Source of the DNA: Candidatus Marsarchaeota archaeon
GTDB taxonomy: Archaea; Micrarchaeota; Micrarchaeia; Micrarchaeales; Micrarchaeaceae
Assembly: GCA_023473255.1 (NCBI GenBank)
Contig: JAMCYW010000015.1
Coordinates: 932-64,931 of the forward strand
Length of the DNA: 64,000 bases
Direction: 5' to 3'
Position 1 is the stretch's first letter; every line of letters begins with the position of its first letter. A program made the translations under genes and the position numbers. A model generated the notes under the pieces. It made no database searches and was not told the origin of the DNA. It worked only from the letters and a program-made list of their open reading frames with translations. This document shows positions 25,791-35,016 of the stretch, one piece after another.

Positions 25791-26456
25791 ATGGCTGCCA
25801 AAAAAGCCGAAAAGGCCAAATCTAGACCTATTTCTTTGATGTACGGATTGCGCTGGAATCCTAACAAGAATATAACTTCTACTCAATATGCATTATATGC
25901 TGTGCAGATAGCCGTTGTAATACTGCTATCGTGGCTCGGCACTATAGCTACGCCCGTAGTGGGTCCAGGCATAGGATTTCTGTACTGGGCATATCCATTC
26001 TTTGTGCTTTTCACGCTATGGTGGGGCATGTGGGGTGTCCTTGGTGCGTTCCTTGGGAGCGTAGTCGGCGCAGGGTTGCTTACTGGCTTACCCATACTTC
26101 CTGCATTAGGGTTTAGCATAGGTGACTTCATACCTGCCATACTGATATTCCTATTATACCGTGGATATCTGATAAAACGAGATGTAGATCCATTTGGCAG
26201 GGACATACTCTCCAAACCGAAATCGGCTGCATGGTTTGTATTCTGGGTCATGGGGATAACCAACATCATAGGCGGCTTATGGGGGGTATGGATACTTACA
26301 GTATTGGGCTTCGTTCCATTGCATGCCTATTGGTTTGGTGCAAGTTTATGGATAATAGGGGATGCGATAGTCCTTCTGATGATGCCTTTTATGAGCAAGT
26401 ACCTGACTCCAATAGTGGAGAGATACGGCCTTCTTACAAAAGGTTGGATATCGTAA
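25791..26456 (+). CDS. Candidate ECF-transporter substrate-binding (S) component
   Basis: Six-helix Trp/Gly-rich membrane protein directly upstream of ecfT and the fused ecfA genes. ATG 25791 preceded by GGGGGTG. Substrate unknown. Confidence 0.5.
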   Translation: MAAKKAEKAKSRPISLMYGLRWNPNKNITSTQYALYAVQIAVVILLSWLGTIATPVVGPGIGFLYWAYPFFVLFTLWWGMWGVLGAFLGSVVGAGLLTGLPILPALGFSIGDFIPAILIFLLYRGYLIKRDVDPFGRDILSKPKSAAWFVFWVMGITNIIGGLWGVWILTVLGFVPLHAYWFGASLWIIGDAIVLLMMPFMSKYLTPIVERYGLLTKGWIS

Positions 26457-26475
26457 TAGACTGCAGTGATAATAG

Positions 26476-27381
26476 ATGGTGCGCAAAGATGGCAAAGTAA
26501 TGCATGCCGAGCCTAAGGCAGAATCCAGAATAAACCGCAAAGGCGAGAAGAAGTACATACGCACCATACTATTCTATGCAAGGGCAAATTCGGTATTTGC
26601 ACGCATCAATGCCCTTACAAAATTCATTGTGTTGATTCTGGTCTCCCTGGCCGTGATACACCTAATAACGGAACGCACTCCAGACATAATATTTTCAGGA
26701 ATAATGCTTCTGTCGGTGCTGTTTTTCATGGCAGATGCAAGAGTCATACGATATCTTGTCAAAAGCTATCTGGCTATTTTGATAGTTGCGCTTTTTGTGA
26801 TGCTTATGTGGTGGTTAGTGTTCAACCAAGTTGGCAGCGTTGTGCTTGTGAACTTAAGGGCATTAGGCATCCCCCTTACCGTAACTACGCTTTCGTTGGA
26901 GATAGGCGTAACAAAAGTCTTTGGCTATGCAGTTCTGGCATTTCTTACCCTCCTTGTGCTGATGACCACAAGAGACTCTGATGTCATAAGCGCGCTCAGC
27001 AAGCTCAAGCTCCCATTCAAAGCAGTCTTCTTTTCATCATTCATCCTTCGCGCGTTTCACATAATGCAGGGCGATTTCGAATCGATACGCCATGCACAAT
27101 TCGCACGAGGTTCGAGCATAAGCTCAGGGAAGAACATCGTCAAGAACGCAAGGAACTTTGCATCGCTTTCGATACCTTTAACCGCGGTCATGCTGAAGCG
27201 TTCCGTAGACATGGGTTCTGCACTAGAAGCAAGGGGCTTCAGCAAGAGCAAAGGCGTATCGGAATTCAAGAACGGGAATGGTTTTTCGCGATATGATTTT
27301 TCGATGATTGCATTGTCGGTTGCAGTGCTTTTTTCAGCATATATGTTCAATCTTACGCTGATGTTTGGGATAATGCGCTGA
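26476..27381 (+). CDS. ecfT: ECF transporter transmembrane (T) component, CbiQ/EcfT family
   Basis: Polytopic protein with the C-terminal coupling motif SALEARGF typical of EcfT/CbiQ; ATG 26500 is an alternative start. Confidence 0.75.
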   Translation: MVRKDGKVMHAEPKAESRINRKGEKKYIRTILFYARANSVFARINALTKFIVLILVSLAVIHLITERTPDIIFSGIMLLSVLFFMADARVIRYLVKSYLAILIVALFVMLMWWLVFNQVGSVVLVNLRALGIPLTVTTLSLEIGVTKVFGYAVLAFLTLLVLMTTRDSDVISALSKLKLPFKAVFFSSFILRAFHIMQGDFESIRHAQFARGSSISSGKNIVKNARNFASLSIPLTAVMLKRSVDMGSALEARGFSKSKGVSEFKNGNGFSRYDFSMIALSVAVLFSAYMFNLTLMFGIMR

Positions 27382-27385
27382 TATT

Positions 27386-29683
27386 ATGGATGCAATAAAT
27401 GTCAATAAATTCTACTGGAGGTATCCTACGTTTACCGGCAGTGTAAACGAATTTGCGCTGAATGGGATAAGCCTGCAAATACGGGAGAATGAATTCTTCG
27501 GCATAACTGGTCCGAGCGGGTCCGGGAAGACTACCCTTTGTTTTGCAATATCTGGATTGATACCTCACCAGATGCATCTGTCTTATGAGGACGCAAAACA
27601 GTTCATGGGCGGAAGCATAAAAGTATTCGGCGATACCGTAAGCGCAGTAGTCAGGAGAAACGGCAAGAACGTAATAATAGGCAAAGGGACTATGGCCCCA
27701 ACTGTCGGCATAGTGATGCAGGACCCAGAAAGCCAGTTTCTTACAATGAGCGTAAAGCAGGAGCTTTCCCTAGGGCTTCAGTTCATGGGAATACCCCAAA
27801 GCGAAATAGATGCAAGGATAAAAGAGGCCCTTCGCAGGGTAGGCATGTACGACCTGTACGCAGATTCAGAGCGCATACACCCGGCTGAGCTTTCTGGAGG
27901 GCAGAAGCAACGGCTTATAATAGCCAGCTTCATAGCCATGCGGCCTAAGGTACTGATACTTGACGAGCCTACCTCTGATTTAGATCCTGCCGGGAAGATG
28001 GAAGTCATAGATGCAATAGAACGCATAAAGGAGGAGCACAAGCTTACTGTCATACTTGTAGAGCACAACCCGGAAATAATGCAGAGATTTGCCGATAGGA
28101 TTGCAGTGATGGATAAAGGCTGCATAGTTGCAGTCGATACTCCAGAAAAGATATATTCAAATAAGCAACTTGTCGAAAAGCACAGCATATATGCGCCGGA
28201 ATTGACTGATGTTAAAATGGGCAGGGGAAACCGGACATACCTTACTATAGAATCATTCGTGGCACATGCAAGGCTGCTTAAAATAAAGGATGAACGTGTG
28301 CTTCAAGAATCTTTTGAAGCCATCAAAGAGCCATCAAAAGAGCTCATATCCGTGAAAGACTTGGACTTTAGCTATGGGGACGGAACGCATGCCCTTGATT
28401 CCATATCATTCAAGATAGCGAAAGGCGAATTCGTAGCTCTGGTGGGCCAGAATGGTTCTGGCAAAAGCACGCTGTCCAAAGTGCTAAGCGGTATAGAGAG
28501 CTCGTTCAAAGGCAATGTAAACGTAATGGGCATGGATCTTCATGCCGCTAAGAACAGGGCCCTGATGCCATTCAAAGTGGGCTATATATTCCAGAATCCC
28601 GACCATCAGATATTCAACAGGAGCGTATATTCGGAGGTGGCATATGGCCTGAAGAACATGGGCCTGCCAAAAGAAGAAATAAATATGAGGGTAAAGAAGG
28701 CGCTGAAAAACGTCGGGCTCGAGAGCAAAGCCTCTGAAGATCCTCTTTTCCTGGGCAAGGGGCAAAAGCGCAGGCTTGCAGTTGCAAGCGTGCTTGCAAT
28801 GGAACCTGAAATACTGATAGTCGACGAACCGACCACTGGCCAAGACTACGTTATGGCAAAGGAGATAATGGAACTCCTCAAAATCATGAACGATGCCGGA
28901 AAGACAATATTTGTAATAACGCACGATATGCGCCTTGTAGCAGAATACTGCAAACGCTCGATAGTCATGAATGCAGGCAGCATAATATATGACGGCAGCA
29001 CCGTAAACCTATTTGAAGATGATGCATTGCTATCCAAGGCATCGCTCGTTGCTCCTCAATCAGTAAAACTTTCAAAAGAGCTCAGAAGGATAGGCATGCT
29101 GAACAACATATTGCTTACCGCATCCGATTTGAACGATTTTTTCAGTTTTAGCAGCATGAAGACAAAATACAAACGCATGGACTTTGATGCAATGCGAATG
29201 CATGCAAAGAGCATAGCGTCCGCCATAAAATCCAAGCACGGTGCCCCAAGTGCGATAGTATACGTGCAAAGGGGTGGCATGGTGTTCGGGCGTTTGCTGA
29301 GCGACTATTTGGGTGTCAGCAAAGTGTTTGGGATCAAGGCCAGCTACTACAACGAATATAGTCTTCCCTCAAAAGGCGTCTATGTCGGCAGCCTAAACGG
29401 AGTTCAGGAAAACAACGGATACATATTGCTGGTGGACGATATAATAGATACCGGGAAGACGATGGCTGCGGTATCAAGCAAGATATTGCCTATCTCTAAA
29501 AAGTTAGTGACTGTTGCGCTGCTATGCAAGGAAGGCTCATCTTTCAAGCCCGATTTCTGTGGCACCTATACAAGTAAAGACAGTTGGATAATATTTGATT
29601 ATGAAAAGGAGGAGGCATACAGAAGTTTCCAGCATGACAATAACCATGCAGGAATGAAATTCATAAAAGAAAATTTCAGGTGA
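27386..29683 (+). CDS. Fused EcfA1-EcfA2 ABC ATPase with a C-terminal Gpt-like purine phosphoribosyltransferase domain
   Basis: NBD1: GPSGSGKTT, LSGGQKQRL, LILDEPTSDLD. NBD2: GQNGSGKST, LGKGQKRRL, LIVDEPTTGQD. The C-terminal ~175 aa has IVYVQRGGMVFGRLLSDYLG and the PRPP loop ILLVDDIIDTGKT. Single uninterrupted ORF of 765 aa. Confidence 0.8.
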   Translation: MDAINVNKFYWRYPTFTGSVNEFALNGISLQIRENEFFGITGPSGSGKTTLCFAISGLIPHQMHLSYEDAKQFMGGSIKVFGDTVSAVVRRNGKNVIIGKGTMAPTVGIVMQDPESQFLTMSVKQELSLGLQFMGIPQSEIDARIKEALRRVGMYDLYADSERIHPAELSGGQKQRLIIASFIAMRPKVLILDEPTSDLDPAGKMEVIDAIERIKEEHKLTVILVEHNPEIMQRFADRIAVMDKGCIVAVDTPEKIYSNKQLVEKHSIYAPELTDVKMGRGNRTYLTIESFVAHARLLKIKDERVLQESFEAIKEPSKELISVKDLDFSYGDGTHALDSISFKIAKGEFVALVGQNGSGKSTLSKVLSGIESSFKGNVNVMGMDLHAAKNRALMPFKVGYIFQNPDHQIFNRSVYSEVAYGLKNMGLPKEEINMRVKKALKNVGLESKASEDPLFLGKGQKRRLAVASVLAMEPEILIVDEPTTGQDYVMAKEIMELLKIMNDAGKTIFVITHDMRLVAEYCKRSIVMNAGSIIYDGSTVNLFEDDALLSKASLVAPQSVKLSKELRRIGMLNNILLTASDLNDFFSFSSMKTKYKRMDFDAMRMHAKSIASAIKSKHGAPSAIVYVQRGGMVFGRLLSDYLGVSKVFGIKASYYNEYSLPSKGVYVGSLNGVQENNGYILLVDDIIDTGKTMAAVSSKILPISKKLVTVALLCKEGSSFKPDFCGTYTSKDSWIIFDYEKEEAYRSFQHDNNHAGMKFIKENFR

Positions 29684-29688
29684 CAAAG

Positions 29689-30279
29689 ATGAAAAAAACG
29701 AGGTATGCAAGGATAAGCTTCGAAGAGATGCAAAGCCTGAGCAAGGCAATTGCATTGGCATTTTCAAGAAAATATGGCACTCCCGAAGCCATAATATACG
29801 TTGAGCGCGGAGGCATGGTGTTCGGGCGTTTGCTGAGCGATTATCTTGGCGTAAGCCGGCTATATGGAATAAGGGCAAGACACTATCCAAAAACGAATGC
29901 AATGGCAAGCACGGTACATTTAGAAGGGATGGAAACATTGCCCGAGTCGTGGCCTAACGACAAGCATATACTCGTTGTGGATGACATTGCAGATACCGGG
30001 AAGACACTTAATGCCATATTATCAGAGCTAAGGAAATCAATACCCAACATAGCGACTGCGACCATGCTCCGCAAACCGCGGTCAATTATACTGCCGGATT
30101 TCTTCGGCAAAACGCTGGACAACGATGTGTGGGCCATCTTCGACTACGAAGAGATGGAAACAGGCGCGGACTTCAAAAAGTCCGGCAACAGGGGCGGGCA
30201 GGACTTCATGCGCAAAAAGTACTGCATTGGGCGCAATGCTAGAAGCAAAGCGAATTCCACTGCAGGCTTTGGCAAATAA
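29689..30279 (+). CDS. Purine phosphoribosyltransferase (Gpt/Hpt-like), free-standing paralogue
   Basis: IIYVERGGMVFGRLLSDYLG and ILVVDDIADTGKT; closely parallels the C-terminal domain of the preceding gene. GTG 29680 (overlapping the upstream stop) is an alternative start. Confidence 0.8.
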   Translation: MKKTRYARISFEEMQSLSKAIALAFSRKYGTPEAIIYVERGGMVFGRLLSDYLGVSRLYGIRARHYPKTNAMASTVHLEGMETLPESWPNDKHILVVDDIADTGKTLNAILSELRKSIPNIATATMLRKPRSIILPDFFGKTLDNDVWAIFDYEEMETGADFKKSGNRGGQDFMRKKYCIGRNARSKANSTAGFGK

Positions 30280-30292
30280 TCAGGGCGGAATA

Positions 30293-30571
30293 ATGAAAGT
30301 AACGCTTGTAGTGCATGGGTTTGTACAAGGTGTTGGTTACAGGTATCTAGTCATGAAGAACGCGGTGTCCCTGGGGATTAAGGGAAATGTAAGGAATATG
30401 CCGGATGGCAGCGTATTGATATTGGCGGAGGGTACGAAAGAACAGATACTCAAATTGATAAAAGCGATAGACATAAGCACGGAAAACGGCCCTCAGGTCT
30501 ACAAAATAGAAAGATCCAATGTCAAAGGCAGCGATTACGGGGCATTTGATGATTTCAGCATAGCGCATTGA
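30293..30571 (+). CDS. acyP: Acylphosphatase
   Basis: VHGFVQGVGYRYLV...GIKGNVRNMPDGSVLILAEG is the acylphosphatase signature. Start at Met57 of the ORF-track ORF (GGGCGG upstream), giving 92 aa. Confidence 0.85.
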   Translation: MKVTLVVHGFVQGVGYRYLVMKNAVSLGIKGNVRNMPDGSVLILAEGTKEQILKLIKAIDISTENGPQVYKIERSNVKGSDYGAFDDFSIAH

Positions 30572-30580
30572 ACCTGAAAG

Positions 30581-30961
30581 TCATTTTGGCTCATTTTCGC
30601 ATTCTATCGTTGCCTGCAACTCAATCCTCTCGGAAATGGCCCCATCATGGTCATATGCATACGCGGTTATTTTTACTGCATACCCATCTGGAAAATTATT
30701 AGGCCTTGTATATATCTTAATCTGCTTCTCTATGGTGCTTTCCGGATGAACGATGCCCATTCTTGTCCTTCCTGTATCTAACTCCCTATCGTGCGCCAAT
30801 GAAAGGGGGGACTTTACATTAACGTCGCATTCGCACCAATAATGGTTAGTCTTGTTTGCATTGCCTAAGCTTATGATCATTATGGCCTCATTCTTTGCAT
30901 ATGCCTTGAGCTTTTCCGGCACGAACTTTGCGCTAACGCTTAAATCGGACATGTAATTCAC
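30581..30961 (-). CDS. Hypothetical protein (126 aa)
   Basis: ORF-track ORF, ATG start, divergent from 31039; no motif recognised. Confidence 0.5.
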   Translation of the reverse strand: MNYMSDLSVSAKFVPEKLKAYAKNEAIMIISLGNANKTNHYWCECDVNVKSPLSLAHDRELDTGRTRMGIVHPESTIEKQIKIYTRPNNFPDGYAVKITAYAYDHDGAISERIELQATIECENEPK

Positions 30962-31038
30962 TCTTAATTATACGCAGATAGTAATTTATAAACTTTAATT
31001 TCTAAATACATCTTGTAAACCCTCAACCGTGTGCAGAT

Positions 31039-31497
31039 ATGGAAGTTAATGAAGCAAAGCTTATAGAGCGGGAGATAACGCTAAGGGAGCTAAGGCTCAC
31101 AAAAGAGGTCGTGGAGACTAGGCGCTCAATGGTCAGGTGGCTTGCACTCAGCCTAGGGGTAATAAATCCTGGCGAATCAAGGCTCAGCGCAATATCCGTA
31201 TTAGATTCGATGTTATACTTCCAATTCACGAAAAACGAGGATCCCACTGTAGAGGAATTGTCGAAGTACATAGGTGAGGCATGGGCCCCAATAAATGAAA
31301 AGACATTGAGGTACCATCTCCTGCAGCTTGCAAATGCGGGCGTTCTTTCACATTCAAAGGGCAAGTACCGCTTCATAATTCCTGACGGATATGACAGGTA
31401 TGACATCGATGCGTGGGTGGAGAACTACTTCGAATCAGGGATATACCCGATAAAAGGCAAGGTATCAACTGTAATAAAAGAATTGAGCAAAAGGTAA
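31039..31497 (+). CDS. Winged-helix-like protein (152 aa)
   Basis: TVEELSKYIGEAWAPINEKTLRYHLLQLANAGVLSHSKGKYRF resembles a wHTH. Ends 4 nt before the next gene. The antisense ORF 31023..31406 is judged a shadow. Confidence 0.55.
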   Translation: MEVNEAKLIEREITLRELRLTKEVVETRRSMVRWLALSLGVINPGESRLSAISVLDSMLYFQFTKNEDPTVEELSKYIGEAWAPINEKTLRYHLLQLANAGVLSHSKGKYRFIIPDGYDRYDIDAWVENYFESGIYPIKGKVSTVIKELSKR

Positions 31498-31501
31498 TGC
31501 A

Positions 31502-33229
31502 ATGGTGTCTAAGAATGTTGTATTTTATGGTATGCTTGCGATAGCGGTCGCATTAATAGTCTTTATATCTGCACTAATGCTAAAGCCTTCATCTTCATAT
31601 AATGTGGCGGTGCATATAACCGCTCTGAACTATAGCGCATCCAATGCCCTATATCCATATCAGACGTCACACTTTCTTATAACTGTATATAATAAAGGCA
31701 ATTTTTATGCCAAGGCCATACCTTTGGGATTCTACTTGAACGGCACCGAGCTTGCGTTCTATAAAGTATCGATACCATCAAATTCAAACGTATCTGTAAA
31801 TGAAAACTATACATACAATGCAAACGGCACGTACCAGTTTTCTGCAGTTCTTGATCCTGCCAATGTCCTAAATATAGCAAACAGGTCGGATGCTTCAAGC
31901 GATGTTAACATTAAGGTTGAAGCCCCACAGACTCCGGATTTATATACATTCATACCAAACAACGGCATAATAAATACTACCGAGTTTTCACTCTTCCCTA
32001 AAGGCGCTGCATTTTCATCGCTTGCATACGATTCCTATAATATTAGCAACTTCAAGATGTTATTCGGCCCATCGCAAGGCATAATATCAAAGGTATTCAC
32101 GGATATTTTGCCGCTGATAAATGTAGAAAACGGCGTATATGCCAAGTATCGCAACGGGAGCATAGCTTACGGAGCGTGGATACAAGGGGCATTGACGAGC
32201 GAAAAGATAGCCCTTCTTCTTTCTACTTTCAATATACCTGTATACAATTTCACGGCCGGCGGCAACACTGCTACGTTTGCCAAGGCAAACAACGATACTA
32301 GCATATGCACGCTTACATACGGGGGCTGGACAAAGGTGATGGCGTACTACAATGAATTAGGCAATGCAACATGCATGAATGTGATATCAAAAACTTATCA
32401 GCCATCAGAGGCCAATGCCATAATTGCGGCATCTAAGTCAAATCACACATTGGGTGCGCATCTTGCCAATTTCACATATACTAATTCCACCCCAATAGGC
32501 CAGGCATTTGGAATTTCATCGAACCACACATATTACATGAATATGTTCCAAAACAGTTTTGGGACATTTGCAGCATACCTGCAAAAGAACGCACATCCAT
32601 TGAACGTATCCAGAATTTACAATTCTACGCGTAGCTGCTTAGGCCTAATATATAATAGCAACAAAACCGGCACAAGCGTATGCTCAATATACCTGGCGCC
32701 AATAAACGGGGCAGCGTCATCGCTTTCCAATTACTCACTCATAAAATCGGAGGAGATTGGCACCAACTATACTGCAATATTATATTCGTTTGTCAACTCT
32801 TCAAACGCATTGAATGCACATTACAATTCTGCCAAGCTGATACAGGCGCTGAACCTAAGCCAGCGCAGCGCAATATGGCAACCGGCGTTCAAGAATTCGT
32901 GCAGCATAAGCAATTCTTCAATAGGGTGCAAGGCGCTGGCTTTCAATACATCAGATGACTATGCATCTATGCAGATATTCAACAGGCTGCCACATTCGAT
33001 TCATATAAACACCATGTCGTGCTTCATATCCGGAGAAGAAGCCAACCAGACCATAAACCAGACGATAGCCAGCGGCGCAAGCGCCAACGATACAGTCGCA
33101 TGCCACAACATACCGGTGCCAATTGCAAGCATCACCACCGCATATGAGATGCATATGAATTACACATACGAAAACGTGGCAAGGTCAGTCAATGGAACAT
33201 TCAATGCAACAAATGCATTCTTCGGATGA
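31502..33229 (+). CDS. N-terminally anchored extracytoplasmic protein, sequon-rich (575 aa)
   Basis: TM helix VVFYGMLAIAVALIVFISALML followed by a large Asn/Ser/Thr-rich domain with dozens of N-x-S/T. Confidence 0.65.
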   Translation: MVSKNVVFYGMLAIAVALIVFISALMLKPSSSYNVAVHITALNYSASNALYPYQTSHFLITVYNKGNFYAKAIPLGFYLNGTELAFYKVSIPSNSNVSVNENYTYNANGTYQFSAVLDPANVLNIANRSDASSDVNIKVEAPQTPDLYTFIPNNGIINTTEFSLFPKGAAFSSLAYDSYNISNFKMLFGPSQGIISKVFTDILPLINVENGVYAKYRNGSIAYGAWIQGALTSEKIALLLSTFNIPVYNFTAGGNTATFAKANNDTSICTLTYGGWTKVMAYYNELGNATCMNVISKTYQPSEANAIIAASKSNHTLGAHLANFTYTNSTPIGQAFGISSNHTYYMNMFQNSFGTFAAYLQKNAHPLNVSRIYNSTRSCLGLIYNSNKTGTSVCSIYLAPINGAASSLSNYSLIKSEEIGTNYTAILYSFVNSSNALNAHYNSAKLIQALNLSQRSAIWQPAFKNSCSISNSSIGCKALAFNTSDDYASMQIFNRLPHSIHINTMSCFISGEEANQTINQTIASGASANDTVACHNIPVPIASITTAYEMHMNYTYENVARSVNGTFNATNAFFG

Positions 33230-33249
33230 AGATATCTGATAAAAGCCTC

Positions 33250-33444
33250 TCAAAGCCCGATGAAATCCTTTGCGCCCATGCCTTCAGGGAAAGCCCTTCC
33301 GTTTTCTGCTTCTACTGGGAGCTTGAGCTGATTTGCAAGCCTTTGCAGTTCGCTCATGTCAATTATCCTATCTAAAAAGAGCTCTGCGAATGTACCGCTC
33401 CCTATCGGTATCCGCCTCACTTTGAAAACCACGTACTGAAGCAT
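33250..33444 (-). CDS. Hypothetical small protein; true start uncertain
   Basis: ORF-track ORF. The same frame stays open upstream to about 33525 with protein-like sequence (AIISETAKAILDDGSIRIKVKRAG) but no ATG/GTG/TTG. Confidence 0.35.
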   Translation of the reverse strand: MLQYVVFKVRRIPIGSGTFAELFLDRIIDMSELQRLANQLKLPVEAENGRAFPEGMGAKDFIGL

Positions 33445-33535
33445 TCCGGCGCGCTTTACCTTAATGCGTATGCTTCCATCATCTAGTATCGCTTTTGCAG
33501 TTTCGCTTATTATTGCAGCACCTTTTTACATTTAC

Positions 33536-33556
33536 TATATAAATATAAATAAAATA
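33536..33556 (+). promoter_or_regulatory. TATA-rich region upstream of nuoH
   Basis: TATATAAATATAAATAAAATA located 36-56 nt upstream of ATG 33592. Confidence 0.35.
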
Positions 33557-33591
33557 AGTTATAAACGTACCTGAGATAAGGATGTGGTTGG

Positions 33592-34641
33592 ATGTTTCAG
33601 ATAAACTCGCCTTCAATAAGCCAGTATTTCGGCATCGTAGACGTGTATCTATCCAAAGTTCTTCCCCATCCCATCGCATTCGGGCTATCCATTATAATTG
33701 CATTGGCAATATTTGCAATACTACTCTTCGTGCTTGTTACGCTTTTTGTATATCTGTTTGGCTGGGCCGAGCGAAAGATAATGGCAAGGATGCAATCAAG
33801 GCATGGGCCCACATACGTTGGCAAATACGGAATACTTCAAAATATGGCCGACGTAGTCAAGCTGCTTTCAAAAGAGAACATCGTTCCGGATGAAGCAGAC
33901 ATGCCTCTGTTTGCAATGATCCTTCCAGTGGTATACGCCCTATTTGTATTGGCGCTGGCGTTCATACCTCTGAACGCATCATTTGTAGGAATCAATACCA
34001 CATTCGGGCTTATAGTCGTATTCCTGATACTCTCGTTCATGCCGCTTCTGCTTTTTCTTGCAGGGTGGACGAGCGGCAATAAGTTTGGCTCTATAAGCGC
34101 CCAAAGGTCGGTAGTCATGCTGATAAGCTATGAGGTGCCTTTGATGATAGTCCTAGCTGCCGTTGCGCTCGCCTCGCATAGCTTTAGCCTTTCAGCCATA
34201 GTAGGTTCACAATCCCACATATGGTTTGCATTGATGATGCCGATAGGATTTGCAATATTCTTCATAGTGATGCTTGCTGAGCTGGAGAGGCCTCCATTCG
34301 ACCTGCGCGAAGCCGACAACGAATTGATATCCGGATGGCTGACAGATGTAAGCGCCCCATACTACGGGCTTGCGCTCTTCCTAGATTATACAAGGATGTT
34401 TGTTGGCACGCTGCTGATAGCCCTGTTGTTTCTGGGCGGGTGGAATGGCCCAGTATTGCCCCCATTCATATGGCTCATGCTCAAGGTGGTAATACTTACC
34501 ATATTGATAGTCATAATAAGGGCAACTACTGTGAGGATGAGGATAGATAGGCTGCTTAAGATAGGGTGGACCTACCTGCTGCCTCTTTCTGTAATCAATT
34601 TATTCCTTGCATATGTAATATTTATCGTGGTTGGTGTATAA
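33592..34641 (+). CDS. nuoH: NADH-quinone oxidoreductase subunit H
   Basis: WAERKIMARMQSRHGP...GILQNMADVVKLL and ELERPPFDLREADNELISG are NuoH/ND1 signatures. Confidence 0.9.
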   Translation: MFQINSPSISQYFGIVDVYLSKVLPHPIAFGLSIIIALAIFAILLFVLVTLFVYLFGWAERKIMARMQSRHGPTYVGKYGILQNMADVVKLLSKENIVPDEADMPLFAMILPVVYALFVLALAFIPLNASFVGINTTFGLIVVFLILSFMPLLLFLAGWTSGNKFGSISAQRSVVMLISYEVPLMIVLAAVALASHSFSLSAIVGSQSHIWFALMMPIGFAIFFIVMLAELERPPFDLREADNELISGWLTDVSAPYYGLALFLDYTRMFVGTLLIALLFLGGWNGPVLPPFIWLMLKVVILTILIVIIRATTVRMRIDRLLKIGWTYLLPLSVINLFLAYVIFIVVGV

Positions 34642-35004
34642 ATGATAGGGAAAAGCATAATGAAGGTAGGGGAGGGCTTACTGCAAAAGCCTGCGACGCT
34701 GGAATTTCCAGAGCAGAGGGAAGAGCTCACGGACAATTACAGGGGCATACACAAGCTTGACATAAAGACGTGCATAAGCTGTGCAGCATGTGCAAGGATA
34801 TGCCCAAACCAGACCATAGACATGGTTGACATTGAAACAGAGAAAGGCACGAAGAAGATGCCGCTAGTCAATCTGGAGAGGTGTCTTTTCTGCGCTTTAT
34901 GCGAAGAGGTATGCCCTCCGAAATGCCTTATATTGACAAAGGATTACAGCTTCGAAGCGTTCGACAGAAGGGAGTATATAAAGAGGCCTGAAGACCTAGG
35001 ATGA
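34642..35004 (+). CDS. nuoI: NADH-quinone oxidoreductase subunit I (2x[4Fe-4S] ferredoxin)
   Basis: CISCAACARICP and CLFCALCEEVCP cluster motifs; starts at the nucleotide after the nuoH stop. Confidence 0.9.
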   Translation: MIGKSIMKVGEGLLQKPATLEFPEQREELTDNYRGIHKLDIKTCISCAACARICPNQTIDMVDIETEKGTKKMPLVNLERCLFCALCEEVCPPKCLILTKDYSFEAFDRREYIKRPEDLG

Positions 35005-35016
35005 TGTGGTGCAATT

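Noticed and set aside
30125-30292. 56-codon N-terminal extension of the acylphosphatase ORF
   Set aside because: It overlaps the PRTase gene in another frame. The acylphosphatase family is about 90 aa, and Met57 has a ribosome-binding-like GGGCGG upstream.
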